A stretch of DNA of 64,000 nucleotides, from the IMG/VR virus record IMGVR_UViG_3300031519_006853, positions 32,001 to 96,000 of that record. The stretch is one strand, 5' to 3'. The DNA comes from a virus. The translations under genes and the position numbers were made by a program. The notes beneath the pieces are model-generated. The model saw nothing but the letters and a program-made list of their open reading frames with translations, had not been told where the DNA came from and made no database searches. Of this stretch, positions 38,451 through 48,514 are shown piece by piece (the stretch's first letter is position 1; each line of letters opens with the position of its first letter).

Positions 38451-39458
38451 ATGAAGAGGAAAATAGTATTGTATGGCGGATATTCCGACAATGAGTATAA
38501 TGCAGAAACAGTATATGATACTAAAGGATGCGGTGGTAGTGAAATAGCGTTAATCAAGCTAGCTGAAAATTTAGCCAAAGACAAACGCAATGAAGTTGTA
38601 GTCTCTTCTAGTATGATTATAGAAGGAACATTTAAAGGCATACTTCACCTAAATAAGAAGAGCCTAAATAACTATCTAAATAACAACGAAGTTGACATTG
38701 CTATAGTGTCTAGGTATATCCATTACGTCCTTGATCACAAGTTGGCCAAGAAAAACTATTTATGGCTACATGACTATCAACCTCATTCATGGTGGAATGG
38801 AAAACAATTTAATCCAGAAGTCCTAGGTAATTTGTTTCCTTTATTTGATAAGGTAGTGTGCGTTAGTGATTGGCAAGCAGGTGTTCAAATTAGTAGATAT
38901 GGGGAACATGTCAAAGAGTTTCTAACCACCATACACAACGGAGTCGATCAGTCTAATTTTCCTAAAGAAATAGACACTTCTTTAAAGCAATCTGGTAAAA
39001 TAGTTTTTAATTGCAGAACTAGCGGGCTTCAGAATGCCGTTGACTGGTTTAATGAATACAAAAAACACAATCAAAACGCAGAGCTCCATGTCTTTGCACA
39101 AGAAGCTGGTTTACAACACGTGGCCGGTGACTTGACAGGAGTTTTTGATAGAGGTAGAGTTTCTAATATAGAAATGATAAATGAACTCGTAACCGCTGAG
39201 ATATGGATTAATTCAAGCACAGTGCCTGAAACGTTTTGTATATCTTCAGTAGAAGCTCAGCTTTGCAAGTGCATACCTGTTATAATGCCACAAGCCGGCA
39301 TGTTAGAAATAACACCACATTACAATGATGTAAAAAGTCATAACATTGACTTTACAACTAGACAAATAGAAGAAAACTATAAATCAGCATTAGATTTCAC
39401 ATGGGAACGAAATGCTAAAGAGTTTAATGTGTTAATAAATAAAAAATATAATGTTTAA
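38451..39458 (+). CDS. GT4-family (GT-B) glycosyltransferase
   Basis: GCGGSE, LWLHD, VCVSDWQ, TIHNGVD and ETFCISSVEAQ. Confidence 0.85.
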   Translation: MKRKIVLYGGYSDNEYNAETVYDTKGCGGSEIALIKLAENLAKDKRNEVVVSSSMIIEGTFKGILHLNKKSLNNYLNNNEVDIAIVSRYIHYVLDHKLAKKNYLWLHDYQPHSWWNGKQFNPEVLGNLFPLFDKVVCVSDWQAGVQISRYGEHVKEFLTTIHNGVDQSNFPKEIDTSLKQSGKIVFNCRTSGLQNAVDWFNEYKKHNQNAELHVFAQEAGLQHVAGDLTGVFDRGRVSNIEMINELVTAEIWINSSTVPETFCISSVEAQLCKCIPVIMPQAGMLEITPHYNDVKSHNIDFTTRQIEENYKSALDFTWERNAKEFNVLINKKYNV

Positions 39459-39690
39459 AATACTTAAAAAAATTAGAGCTTGGTTTTTGCCAAAGCATGA
39501 AGGTGAATTTTCATATTCACCAGAAGGTTTTGTTATGGCTAGGCGATGGGCAAAAAATCAACCTCATCCTAAATTACCAGATCACCCAACCCAATCATTA
39601 TGGAACTATGTAGAGAGTAATTGGATTGATTCAGAATATAAATTAAATGAAATCAATAAAGTTAAAACAAATAAGAATAAAAGTATATAA
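39451..39690 (+). CDS. Hypothetical protein
   Basis: Coupled ORF. Confidence 0.55.
   Translation: MFKILKKIRAWFLPKHEGEFSYSPEGFVMARRWAKNQPHPKLPDHPTQSLWNYVESNWIDSEYKLNEINKVKTNKNKSI
39665..39690 (+). promoter_or_regulatory. Putative middle promoter (AAAC-N15-TATATAA)
   Basis: Recurring motif. Confidence 0.4.
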
Positions 39691-39695
39691 TTAAT

Positions 39696-39959
39696 ATGGA
39701 AGGTCAAAAAATGAATGTAGATATTGATTCAACACAAGAAATAGTTTGTGATGAGTGTGGTCATAACGTGTTTAGGCCAGGATTCTTCTTAAGAAAGATA
39801 AGTAGGTTTGTATCACCAGATGGCCAAGATAGGTTATTACCTTTAGATACAATGGAATGTAGTAAATGTGGAAATATTAATAAAGAATTTCAGGCAGCAA
39901 CGCCTAAAGTAAAAACAAAAACAAAAACTAATAATTTAAAAGATGGCAAAGACAATTAA
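39696..39959 (+). CDS. Zinc-ribbon protein
   Basis: CDECG ... CSKCG. Confidence 0.7.
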   Translation: MEGQKMNVDIDSTQEIVCDECGHNVFRPGFFLRKISRFVSPDGQDRLLPLDTMECSKCGNINKEFQAATPKVKTKTKTNNLKDGKDN

Positions 39960-40647
39960 AATGGATAGAAACAATAAAGAGTCATACGATAATCAAATCG
40001 ATGCTTCTGTGGGTTCTAAAGAAGAACAACAACAATTAAAGGATGAATTATATACTCCTAAGGGAAATACTCATATAAAACCTGATCCTCGAAAGATGAG
40101 TGAAATTATTACTGATAAGAAAGCTGCATTAAAACTTAATGAAGATTTACTTAGAAATCTTCAGAAAAATGAGTATGATATTCCAATGGCAAAAGCTAAG
40201 CTTTATAAGCAACTTATGAAGTTTTTAGAAAAAGATGCTGAATGGGGTCATACTACTGCGACAGGTTTAGTAATGTTATATTCTAATCTTAAAGAAAATT
40301 CTAAAGCAGTTCAGTCTAAAGACTGGGACGGTATTGTTAAATTAAGAGGTACAAGTATTACTATCCTATGGACAATGGTAACATCAATGAAAGGTAAAGG
40401 ATTCTTTGAAGCTAGAAATTTTATTGAGTTAATGGCTGAATTTGGACAAGATCTTTCTACTGTAGTTCAAAAGGTTCATCAAGATAACCAAGCACTTAGA
40501 GATAATCACGTAAAGTTATCAGAATTAGATAAAGAAGTTAATCATCCTGATGTTATTCTTGATGTATCAATTGATGAATATAATAAAGCTGAAGATGAAC
40601 TTAATCAATTAATGGATGAAGTTGATCCAGTAGTAGAAACAGTTTAA
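39943..40647 (+). CDS. Hypothetical helical protein
   Basis: Long clean ORF in the operon. Confidence 0.7.
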   Translation: MAKTIKMDRNNKESYDNQIDASVGSKEEQQQLKDELYTPKGNTHIKPDPRKMSEIITDKKAALKLNEDLLRNLQKNEYDIPMAKAKLYKQLMKFLEKDAEWGHTTATGLVMLYSNLKENSKAVQSKDWDGIVKLRGTSITILWTMVTSMKGKGFFEARNFIELMAEFGQDLSTVVQKVHQDNQALRDNHVKLSELDKEVNHPDVILDVSIDEYNKAEDELNQLMDEVDPVVETV

Positions 40648-40648
40648 T

Positions 40649-40897
40649 ATGGGATTCCACAGAAGACATATAGATAATGATCAAGTTATCAGATTTTATA
40701 ATGACGGTGGAGTAGAAAGAATAAGAAGTTGGTATACACGAGGAGTGGATGCTTTAATTACAGAAACCGGCCTGGCATCACAGGTCGGTTCTATTCTTTC
40801 AGATGATGAATGGAGACAAATAGGAACTGTTCGCCAAGATGAAGAAATCATCAAAATAATTCAACAACATTTAGGAGTAGAAGACATTAAAAAATAA
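40649..40897 (+). CDS. Hypothetical protein
   Basis: MGFHRRHI start; clean ORF. Confidence 0.6.
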   Translation: MGFHRRHIDNDQVIRFYNDGGVERIRSWYTRGVDALITETGLASQVGSILSDDEWRQIGTVRQDEEIIKIIQQHLGVEDIKK

Positions 40898-40910
40898 CTC
40901 CATCCTTGTT

Positions 40911-40920
40911 GAATAAATAA
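40911..40920 (+). promoter_or_regulatory. Putative late promoter (GAATAAATAA)
   Basis: Identical to the motif at 59142; precedes the capsid-leader cluster. Confidence 0.5.
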
Positions 40921-40939
40921 AGAAAACAAACTGTTTAAC

Positions 40940-41998
40940 ATGGAACATATTAAAGACTACAAATTATTTAAAGAGTCTCTAAATACCGAAGTACTCAATG
41001 AGGCTTTTAGTTCAGGTATCTTAAGAGATTTATCTAGCCAAAGTAGAGGCAAATGGGGTGGCAACTTAGCCAAAGACATGCAAAAATATGCAAGTCTTGC
41101 TCTAGACAAAATTTCGGATTCGGATTTTACTACAACTTCACCAGAAGCTTATTGGAAAGGTGGCGATGCAAAGAACCCTAACAAAATAGGATTCTTTGTT
41201 GATGATGATCCAGGATTTATTAAATGGGCAAAGGCAAACAAAAAATACTTACCAGGAGATTTAACATTAGGTAACATTTCAAAATATGGAATAGTATTAT
41301 CTGTTGTAAGAGGTGGTGCTGGGATGTGGCATGGATTTGCTACTGATAGAGGTGGTTCTTATAGTAGACATAGAAAAGGTACTGAAGAAAGATATGGACT
41401 TCTTGCAAAAGAATATGATACTAACGGAGTTTACAGAGGCTATGAAGGCAAAAATGTTGTTGCTAAAGTAACAAGGAAAAATCTTATTGATATTGCAACT
41501 CGTGTTTATGTATTAGACTTAGATAGTTTAAGAGATAAGTATGATGTAAGCGGTTTAACTAGTGATCGTGCCAATGCTAAATCAGGTGCAACTGCGTTAA
41601 AGGATGCTAAAACTATTAAAAAAGAAAATCAAGCAAGGTATGATGCTATCTTAACCGATAGAGCTGCAATGACTGATGTTGATAAATCAGTTAAAGATTC
41701 TATTGAATTATTAAATCAACATATATCCGATGCATTAAAAGATGGTACTATGGATAAATTTGGAAACCTTACTATTGGTGAAGATCCAAGAGGAAGAAGT
41801 ATTAAGATAACTGATGGCGCTAATTACATTAAAAATCTTTTAGATGATTACCAAAGATATAAGGATTATGAAAGACAAGATAAAGAAGCAAAAGCTGATG
41901 GTAGAGAAGATAACTGGCATGCAAGAGAAATAAAGAATTATGCTAAAAGAATTCAAGATAGAGCTAGAGCAGTAAAGGCTAAAAATTATGCTTGGTAA
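40940..41998 (+). CDS. Putative internal head protein with capsid-targeting leader
   Basis: MEHIKDYKLFKESLNTEVLNE|A leader. Confidence 0.68.
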   Translation: MEHIKDYKLFKESLNTEVLNEAFSSGILRDLSSQSRGKWGGNLAKDMQKYASLALDKISDSDFTTTSPEAYWKGGDAKNPNKIGFFVDDDPGFIKWAKANKKYLPGDLTLGNISKYGIVLSVVRGGAGMWHGFATDRGGSYSRHRKGTEERYGLLAKEYDTNGVYRGYEGKNVVAKVTRKNLIDIATRVYVLDLDSLRDKYDVSGLTSDRANAKSGATALKDAKTIKKENQARYDAILTDRAAMTDVDKSVKDSIELLNQHISDALKDGTMDKFGNLTIGEDPRGRSIKITDGANYIKNLLDDYQRYKDYERQDKEAKADGREDNWHAREIKNYAKRIQDRARAVKAKNYAW

Positions 41999-42000
41999 TT

Positions 42001-43803
42001 ATGAAACATATAAAAGAATATTTATCATTTAGAGACTCTTTAAATGAAGGACCAGGAAAGGGTTACTATATTGAAGTAGCTGTCCGAGATGCTAGAAAGG
42101 CTTTAGCAATTTTAGATGACATGTATCGTAAGAAGTTTGATATTAATGGAAGTAATGTTTATTACTTTAAGGATGAAGACATGGCATATGATGCTAAGAT
42201 GGATTTAGCAGCCAGAGATATAGAAATTGTTGATACTAATATTGAAGAATCATTAGATGAAAAGGCAGGTCCATGCTGGGATGGTTATAAAATAGGATCT
42301 CCTAAAACAAAGATATCTTCTCAAAGTGGTAAAAGAGTTAATAATTGTGTTCCTATAGATGAAGAAGTTAATGAAAAATTAGCTCGAGGATTAAAACCCT
42401 TATTGAAATTAGGTTCAACTATTACTAAGAAGACTGGTGAAGATGCATTACTAGATTTATCTGATAAGTTTGATAGTATAGATGATGAATATGCTGGAAC
42501 TATAGCAAGCCATTTAGATATGGCTATTGAATTAATGCAAGATGGTTATTCAGGAGATGCTACTAAAAAATTAAAGCAATTTAATAAAGCATGTAAAGAT
42601 GTTCTTAGTGGAAAGGAAGTTGGTTCAGCTTTTGAAAACGTTAATGAAGCAACATATAACTCAAAGAATCATATAGGAGATACTTCTGATGGGCAAGGTT
42701 CTAATGCTGAGATTTATAAAAAAGGAAAAGGATATTATGTAGTTGTTAGTGGAGAAGTTGATTATGATTTTACTGCAAAAAATGACAAAGAGTTATTACA
42801 AAAGTTAAAAGATAATGAATTTGATTCTACTGATATATTAGAAGTTAATGAAGGCAACTTTGATGATATTTTAGATTTAGTTAAATCTTTACATTTTGAA
42901 ATAGATCCTAAGGTTGCTAAGGAAAAGAAAATTGAACTTGGTAAAAGACAAGGCGAATATTCATTAAGAAAACAAATTGAAGGTGGAGAATATTCATTAA
43001 GAAGATTTAGAAAGGAAATTAAATACGACAAAACTGGTAAAGATCTTGGTATATTTAGACCTGGTAGTTATATGGCTGCTACTTCTACAGCAGGAGACGG
43101 TCCACATAGGAAGGCCGTTGCAAAGATTAAATGGAATCAAAAGAAATATGACCAATGGTTAGAAGATGTTGCATCAAATGATGGTTGGAAGAATGCTTTC
43201 GATATGGCACAAAATGCTAAACAAGAACCAGGGTTAATTTCTTGGGTTAAGAAAACGTTTAGAGTTCCTGATCCAATGCAAAGAATACAGTGGGATATTG
43301 AATCATTTGCAGAATCAGTTGATGAATCTGCAATGTCTGAACTTGATATATTAGCAAAGGAGGCAAAAGACTTTAAGGCATTTACAAAAGAAGTATTTAA
43401 AGAATTTAAAAATTTACCAAAAAAGGCAGATACTTTAAAATGGTTAGAAGAATTATATAACGATGCAATAAATGAAGCAGAAAAAGCTGAAGGTGATCGT
43501 AGTAAATTATCAGCTGACATTGAAAAAGCATTAAAGGATAAGGCTACCGAGAGTGGCGTACCTATTGGATTATTAAGATTAGTAATGAGAAGAGGTTTGG
43601 ATGCTTGGAACAGTAGTCATCGTGCAGGTGTACCACAAGTAGCTTGGGGTTATGCTCGTGTAAATGCATTCTTAGAAAAAGGTAAAGGAACTTGGGGTAA
43701 GGCTGATGCTGATATTGCAAAAGAAGTTAGAGATGAAGGCAAGGCTGGTAAACTACCAATTAAAAATCCTTCTGAATTTACCAAAAAAGAAAGAGAAGCA
43801 TAA
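42001..43803 (+). CDS. Putative internal head polyprotein (about 7 modules)
   Basis: Start moved to ATG 42001 (MKHIKEYLSFRDSLNE). Linkers ESLDE, EEVNE, ENVNE, EVNE, ESVDE, AINE. Modules include GPCWDGY...NCVP and ALKDKATESG...GL.AW...HR.G..Q..WGYARVNAF (DUF5824-like). Confidence 0.72.
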   Translation: MKHIKEYLSFRDSLNEGPGKGYYIEVAVRDARKALAILDDMYRKKFDINGSNVYYFKDEDMAYDAKMDLAARDIEIVDTNIEESLDEKAGPCWDGYKIGSPKTKISSQSGKRVNNCVPIDEEVNEKLARGLKPLLKLGSTITKKTGEDALLDLSDKFDSIDDEYAGTIASHLDMAIELMQDGYSGDATKKLKQFNKACKDVLSGKEVGSAFENVNEATYNSKNHIGDTSDGQGSNAEIYKKGKGYYVVVSGEVDYDFTAKNDKELLQKLKDNEFDSTDILEVNEGNFDDILDLVKSLHFEIDPKVAKEKKIELGKRQGEYSLRKQIEGGEYSLRRFRKEIKYDKTGKDLGIFRPGSYMAATSTAGDGPHRKAVAKIKWNQKKYDQWLEDVASNDGWKNAFDMAQNAKQEPGLISWVKKTFRVPDPMQRIQWDIESFAESVDESAMSELDILAKEAKDFKAFTKEVFKEFKNLPKKADTLKWLEELYNDAINEAEKAEGDRSKLSADIEKALKDKATESGVPIGLLRLVMRRGLDAWNSSHRAGVPQVAWGYARVNAFLEKGKGTWGKADADIAKEVRDEGKAGKLPIKNPSEFTKKEREA

Positions 43804-44348
43804 TGAAATTTATAAAAGGCTTTACTGATTTTAAAAATGTATCTGAAGAACTTAAATATCATGTAGATAATGGTATAGGTTTAGATGATAGTGTTTTTCG
43901 TTTAGGATCTGATGCTCATAGTAAATTATTTGAAGAAGCTAAACAATATTGGGATAAAGGAAATCTAGTATTAAAAGGTAAAAGCGGATTTATGGCTAAG
44001 AACCTTGATGTAGGTAAAGAAGCTATTTATAAAGATCGTAAATCAGGCAGAACTAAAAAAGTTAAACTTGATTCACCAGAAAGAGGCGGCAATAGAAAAT
44101 TTATTGTTTATCGTGATGGCGGAAGAACTGATAAAGAAACAGGAAAGATTGTTGCAAAGAAGATTGAATGGGGAGATCCTAACTTATCTGTAAAGAATGA
44201 TGATCCTGGTGCAGCTGCTAGTTTTTGGGCAAGACATCAATGTGATCAAAAGAAAAAGATGGATCCAAATAAAGCAGGCTTTTGGGCATGCTATGGACCA
44301 AGTCTATTTGGAAAGCAATTAGGATTAAAGAGTACTAATCCTTGGTAA
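43803..44348 (+). CDS. Putative internal head protein (DUF6321-like C-terminal domain)
   Basis: MKFIKGFTDFKNVSEE leader; KIEWGDPNL...DDP....SFWARHQC...KAGFWAC. Confidence 0.65.
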   Translation: MKFIKGFTDFKNVSEELKYHVDNGIGLDDSVFRLGSDAHSKLFEEAKQYWDKGNLVLKGKSGFMAKNLDVGKEAIYKDRKSGRTKKVKLDSPERGGNRKFIVYRDGGRTDKETGKIVAKKIEWGDPNLSVKNDDPGAAASFWARHQCDQKKKMDPNKAGFWACYGPSLFGKQLGLKSTNPW

Positions 44349-44350
44349 GT

Positions 44351-44359
44351 AATATATAA
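44351..44359 (+). promoter_or_regulatory. Putative late promoter (AATATATAA)
   Basis: Recurring motif. Confidence 0.48.
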
Positions 44360-44375
44360 AAAAATAATATACACA

Positions 44376-45470
44376 ATGAAACATTTACAAAGAATAGATG
44401 AAGCTGTTGGTACAATCTTAGAAAGAAGAGCTTCGGCCGAATCTTTACTTAAAGGTGTAGCTAAAGGCGATTCAACTGAAGTAGAGGGAATTAAAATGTC
44501 TAAAGATATGGCTGATGCTTATTTAGACTGGTTAAGGTTATCAACTTATGGTAAGAAATTTGGAGCATTACCATTTTATAAATTATTTTCAGCTTCGTTT
44601 AATTGGGGTATAGAAAGATATATTGGTAAAGATTTAAAAGCTGAACTTAAAGAACTTAAAGCCAAGGCTAAATCAATGAAAGAGGCTAACGAGATTAATG
44701 AAAAAACTTCTTTAGGAAAACTTTCAAAGTTAATAGATAAAGCAGTAAAGAAAGCTGATGTTCCATTAAGCTATGCTAGAGAATATATTAGTTCTTTAGA
44801 AGATATGGCAAAAAGAAATTCTAAAAAGTTCTTTAAAGATTATAATAATTTTAGTGAAGATGATTTTATCGAGGATGTTGAATATAACATGGCTAATGAA
44901 AATAAAGTAAATGAAGCTAAAGATTTTGAACCTCATATGATGTATGATCCTGAAACTGGTGATGAATATGAAGCTGAAAAACCAGAAGATCATGAGAGAA
45001 TGGCTAAACTAGGTTATGTTCATGAAAAACCAGAAAGCGTTGATGAGGCTAGGTTTGTAAAAGATTTTAACACGCGTGTTTTGGATGCAAAAACAAAAGA
45101 GGAAGTTTTAAAACTTTATCCAAATGCAGAATTCTTTATTGGTAAATCAGACCACTTCTTTGGAGAATTAGATGCTAACTTATTCTTTAAAGCATATTAT
45201 ACAAAAGGGCAAAAAGAATTTAGAATAAAATCAGTTTATTCTGAGAAAAATAAAAACTATGTTCATTTATTTAATGAATCATTAAATGAAGCCGCTCCTC
45301 GAATAAAAACGAGTAAAGAAGAAGCAAGCTTATTAGATTTAAGAGATCAAGTTAGATATGCACAAAAGGGTGGATCTGCTAGCAGATATGCAAAAGACTT
45401 TGAAAAAGCAAAGAAAAAGGCTTTAAGTGCATTAGGAGATATGATAACATATATAAAAATAGGAGTATAA
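44376..45470 (+). CDS. Putative internal head polyprotein (about 5 modules)
   Basis: MKHLQRIDE leader; linkers EINE, KVNE, ESVDE, ESLNE; module DFEPHMMYDPETG...HERMAKLGYVHE. Confidence 0.7.
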   Translation: MKHLQRIDEAVGTILERRASAESLLKGVAKGDSTEVEGIKMSKDMADAYLDWLRLSTYGKKFGALPFYKLFSASFNWGIERYIGKDLKAELKELKAKAKSMKEANEINEKTSLGKLSKLIDKAVKKADVPLSYAREYISSLEDMAKRNSKKFFKDYNNFSEDDFIEDVEYNMANENKVNEAKDFEPHMMYDPETGDEYEAEKPEDHERMAKLGYVHEKPESVDEARFVKDFNTRVLDAKTKEEVLKLYPNAEFFIGKSDHFFGELDANLFFKAYYTKGQKEFRIKSVYSEKNKNYVHLFNESLNEAAPRIKTSKEEASLLDLRDQVRYAQKGGSASRYAKDFEKAKKKALSALGDMITYIKIGV

Positions 45471-45475
45471 TAATT

Positions 45476-46051
45476 ATGAAAAACTTTAGAACATACGGAG
45501 AATTTATTACCGAAGCTTATTCTGATGAAGATAGAAAGGCAATGGCAGAAAAAGGATTTGCCTTATCTGATGGGAGTTTTCCTATCGCTAATTTAGAAGA
45601 TCTTAAGAATGCAATCCAAGCTTACGGTAGAGCAAAGGATCAAGCAAAGGCTGCTAAGTTTATTGTAAAGAGAGCAAAAGCATTAGGTGCTGAAGATCTT
45701 GTTCCTGATACAGATGATTTTCAAAAGTCATTAGATGAAGTTGCTGTTGGGTCTGCTATACATGATGTATCTACTGAGCTTCCTGCTAAAACTATTGCAT
45801 TTCCTGTAGAGGATGATGAAGAAGCAAACGGATCTATTACTGAAGGAACTGATATTGGTTCATGGAATCAAGGCGGACTTAAAGGAAAGGAAAATGTTTT
45901 AATAACTACCTTTGTTGGTCCTAAAGATGTTGAAGATTTTGGCCTAGGTAGAAAATGCATGCAAATAAATGTAGGAATGAAATATGTTTCATTAAATCCT
46001 GCTGATATTGTAGAGTTAAAAGATATTCTTAAATCTTATAAAGTAAAGTAA
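45476..46051 (+). CDS. Putative internal head protein (2-3 modules)
   Basis: MKNFRTYGEFITE|A is the closest match to T4 MKTYQEFIAE. Module DG.FPIAN.EDLKNAIQAYGRA; linkers SLDE and SITE. Confidence 0.75.
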   Translation: MKNFRTYGEFITEAYSDEDRKAMAEKGFALSDGSFPIANLEDLKNAIQAYGRAKDQAKAAKFIVKRAKALGAEDLVPDTDDFQKSLDEVAVGSAIHDVSTELPAKTIAFPVEDDEEANGSITEGTDIGSWNQGGLKGKENVLITTFVGPKDVEDFGLGRKCMQINVGMKYVSLNPADIVELKDILKSYKVK

Positions 46052-46389
46052 TGGGTTGCGGTTGTAATAACTGTAAGTGTGGCAAAGAAGCCAACGATGA
46101 ACTCATAGAACAAATAGAAGATCAAACTAAACCTTTTATTCAAGAAGAGTATTCTATAAATACTGTACTTAGGCATTTTGATCCATCTGCCCCTAATCAT
46201 TTATATAAATGGCATGCCGATGATGAAGATCGTTGGATTGAGTCTTTAAATGAAAACGATTGGAAATTTCAATTTGATGACGAATTACCTCAGTCATTAG
46301 AACCAATGAAGATTATACAAATACCTAAAGGCGTTATACATCGCCTAATTAAAGGTACTTCTAAATTAAGTATTTCTATTAAGTCTTAG
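46051..46389 (+). CDS. Cupin-like protein with Cys-rich N-terminus
   Basis: MGCGCNNCKCG; KWHAD.EDR...WKFQFDDELP...IPKGVIHRLIKG. Confidence 0.65.
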   Translation: MGCGCNNCKCGKEANDELIEQIEDQTKPFIQEEYSINTVLRHFDPSAPNHLYKWHADDEDRWIESLNENDWKFQFDDELPQSLEPMKIIQIPKGVIHRLIKGTSKLSISIKS

Positions 46390-46391
46390 CT

Positions 46392-46418
46392 TAAACCAAT
46401 TTTTATTTCGCAGTATAA
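46392..46418 (+). promoter_or_regulatory. Putative middle promoter (TAAAC-N15-AGTATAA)
   Basis: Recurring motif, in tandem with an early promoter upstream of clpC. Confidence 0.45.
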
Positions 46419-46439
46419 TTAATATACATTAACAACCAC

Positions 46440-46470
46440 TTTCAGAAAGTAATGTTTTTTGTTATATTTA
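46440..46470 (+). promoter_or_regulatory. Putative early promoter (TTTCAG-N17-TATATTTA)
   Basis: Exact bipartite match. Confidence 0.62.
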
Positions 46471-46489
46471 AATTATACTAAATAAAATT

Positions 46490-48514
46490 ATGGGAGAAAT
46501 TTATCCAGAGGAAGAACAACAAGAAAAGAAGCCGAGGTTTAAAAAGCAGACATTAGTGTTAGATACTTATGGTACTAATCTAAGCAAGTCAGCTATAGAA
46601 GGTAAATTAGATCCAGTCATTGGACGAACCGATGAAATACTTAGAGTTATACAAATTCTAGGAAGGCGTAGAAAAAACAATCCAGTTTTGGTTGGTGAAC
46701 CAGGTGTAGGTAAAACTGCAATCGTAGAAGGTTTAGCATTAAAAATGGTAGAAGGAAATGTTCCTGTATCACTACAAGGCAAAATCATTTATACTTTAGA
46801 ATTATCAACAATCGTTGCAGGTACAAAATACCGTGGCCAGTTTGAGGAACGGATGAAAAGTATTGTTGATGAATTAATTCTTAATCCACATATCATTGTT
46901 TTTATTGATGAATTACATACTCTCGTTGGAGCCGGTGGTTCTACAGGATCATTGGATGCATCAAATATTATTAAGCCAGCTTTAGCAAGAGGGGAAATTA
47001 GATGTATAGGTGCAACTACTTTTGATGAATTTAGAGAAAACATTGAAGATGATGGCGCATTAGATAGAAGATTCCAAAAGGTTGTAGTAAATCCTCCAAC
47101 ATTAGAAGAAACAATTGAAATACTTTCAATGATTAGGCATAAGTATGAAGAACACCATAGTGTATCATATTCAGATGAAGTTATTAATTTAATTGTTAAG
47201 CTTGCTGATCGTTATATTATGGATAGGTTCTTTCCTGATAAAGCAGTAGATATATTAGATGAGGTAGGATCTTATAAGCATTTAATTAACATGAAAATTC
47301 CACAAGGGATAAAATCATTAGAAGAAAAATTAGTTCAAAAGGAAAATGCTAAAAGAAAGGCAGTGTCTCGCCAACTTTATGAAGTAGCTGCAAAGGAAAG
47401 AGATGCATGTTTAACCCTTAAAGAAAGAATTAAGCATGATCTTGCTGAATGGAAAGAACAAATGGCAGTTAATCAATTAGAAATAACTGAAGATGATGTA
47501 TTAAAGGTTGTATCTAAATCAACAGGTGTACCGATAGAAAAAATATCTGATAAAGAAAACAAAAATTTATTAGGTCTTAATAAACATCTATCATCTAGAG
47601 TTATAGGACAAGAAGAAGCTGTTAATAAAATAGCAGTAACTGTTCAAAGAAACCGAGTAGGTATTAGAAAAAGAAACCGAACAATGGGTAACTTTATTTT
47701 CTTAGGTCCTACTGGTGTTGGTAAAACTCAATTAGCAAAAGAATTAACAGAATATCTTTTTAATAGTGAAGATTCATTAATTAGAGTTGATATGTCTGAA
47801 TACATGGAACCGCATTCTATTTCTAAATTAATTGGAGCACCTCCTGGTTATGTAGGTTTTGAAGGTGGTGGTTTTTTAACAGAGCAGGTAAAGAGAAAAC
47901 CACATTCAGTTATATTATTTGACGAGATAGAAAAAGCTCATCCAGAGGTCTTTAATGTACTTCTACAAATGTTAGATGATGGGCAGTTAACTGATTCTTT
48001 AGGCAGGACTGTTGATTTTAGAAATTGTTTAGTAATTCTTACATCAAATACAGGATCTAGAAAATTACAAGACTTTGGCCAAGGGATAGGATTTGAAAGT
48101 TCTTCTAAGATGGTTAATCAAGTTGAAGAAGAAAAAACTATTTTAAGAAAGGCTCTTAAAAACAAATTCTCACCAGAATTTTTAAATAGAATTGATGAGG
48201 TTGTAGTATTTAATAGATTAACGGAAGATAATGTAATGGATATTTTAACTAAAGAATGTAAAGAACTTGCATTAAACTTAGAAGAAGTAGGAAATTATAT
48301 TTTTAAAATATCTAAAGGCGCTAAAACAATAATACTTAATCAAGGATATGATCCTAAGTATGGAGCAAGACCTTTACGTAGAACCGTTGAAAGATTAATT
48401 GAAAATAAGATATCTGAATTTATTCTTAAAGGAGATTTAAAAGAAGGTGGTACGATTAATGTTAAAAGTACAAAAGGCGAATTAATAATTGATATAACAA
48501 ACATAAAAGAATAA
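46490..48514 (+). CDS. clpC: ClpC-type AAA+ ATPase lacking the N-terminal Clp-repeat domain
   Basis: [24 protein letters not shown]-like [25 protein letters not shown], ClpP-docking GIGF and GARPLRR. Confidence 0.9.
   Translation: MGEIYPEEEQQEKKPRFKKQTLVLDTYGTNLSKSAIEGKLDPVIGRTDEILRVIQILGRRRKNNPVLVGEPGVGKTAIVEGLALKMVEGNVPVSLQGKIIYTLELSTIVAGTKYRGQFEERMKSIVDELILNPHIIVFIDELHTLVGAGGSTGSLDASNIIKPALARGEIRCIGATTFDEFRENIEDDGALDRRFQKVVVNPPTLEETIEILSMIRHKYEEHHSVSYSDEVINLIVKLADRYIMDRFFPDKAVDILDEVGSYKHLINMKIPQGIKSLEEKLVQKENAKRKAVSRQLYEVAAKERDACLTLKERIKHDLAEWKEQMAVNQLEITEDDVLKVVSKSTGVPIEKISDKENKNLLGLNKHLSSRVIGQEEAVNKIAVTVQRNRVGIRKRNRTMGNFIFLGPTGVGKTQLAKELTEYLFNSEDSLIRVDMSEYMEPHSISKLIGAPPGYVGFEGGGFLTEQVKRKPHSVILFDEIEKAHPEVFNVLLQMLDDGQLTDSLGRTVDFRNCLVILTSNTGSRKLQDFGQGIGFESSSKMVNQVEEEKTILRKALKNKFSPEFLNRIDEVVVFNRLTEDNVMDILTKECKELALNLEEVGNYIFKISKGAKTIILNQGYDPKYGARPLRRTVERLIENKISEFILKGDLKEGGTINVKSTKGELIIDITNIKE

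Noticed and set aside
42955-43003. 16-bp direct repeat GAATATTCATTAAGAA (GEYSLR twice)
   Set aside because: Only two copies, in frame within a CDS; a small tandem duplication, not a CRISPR array or att site.
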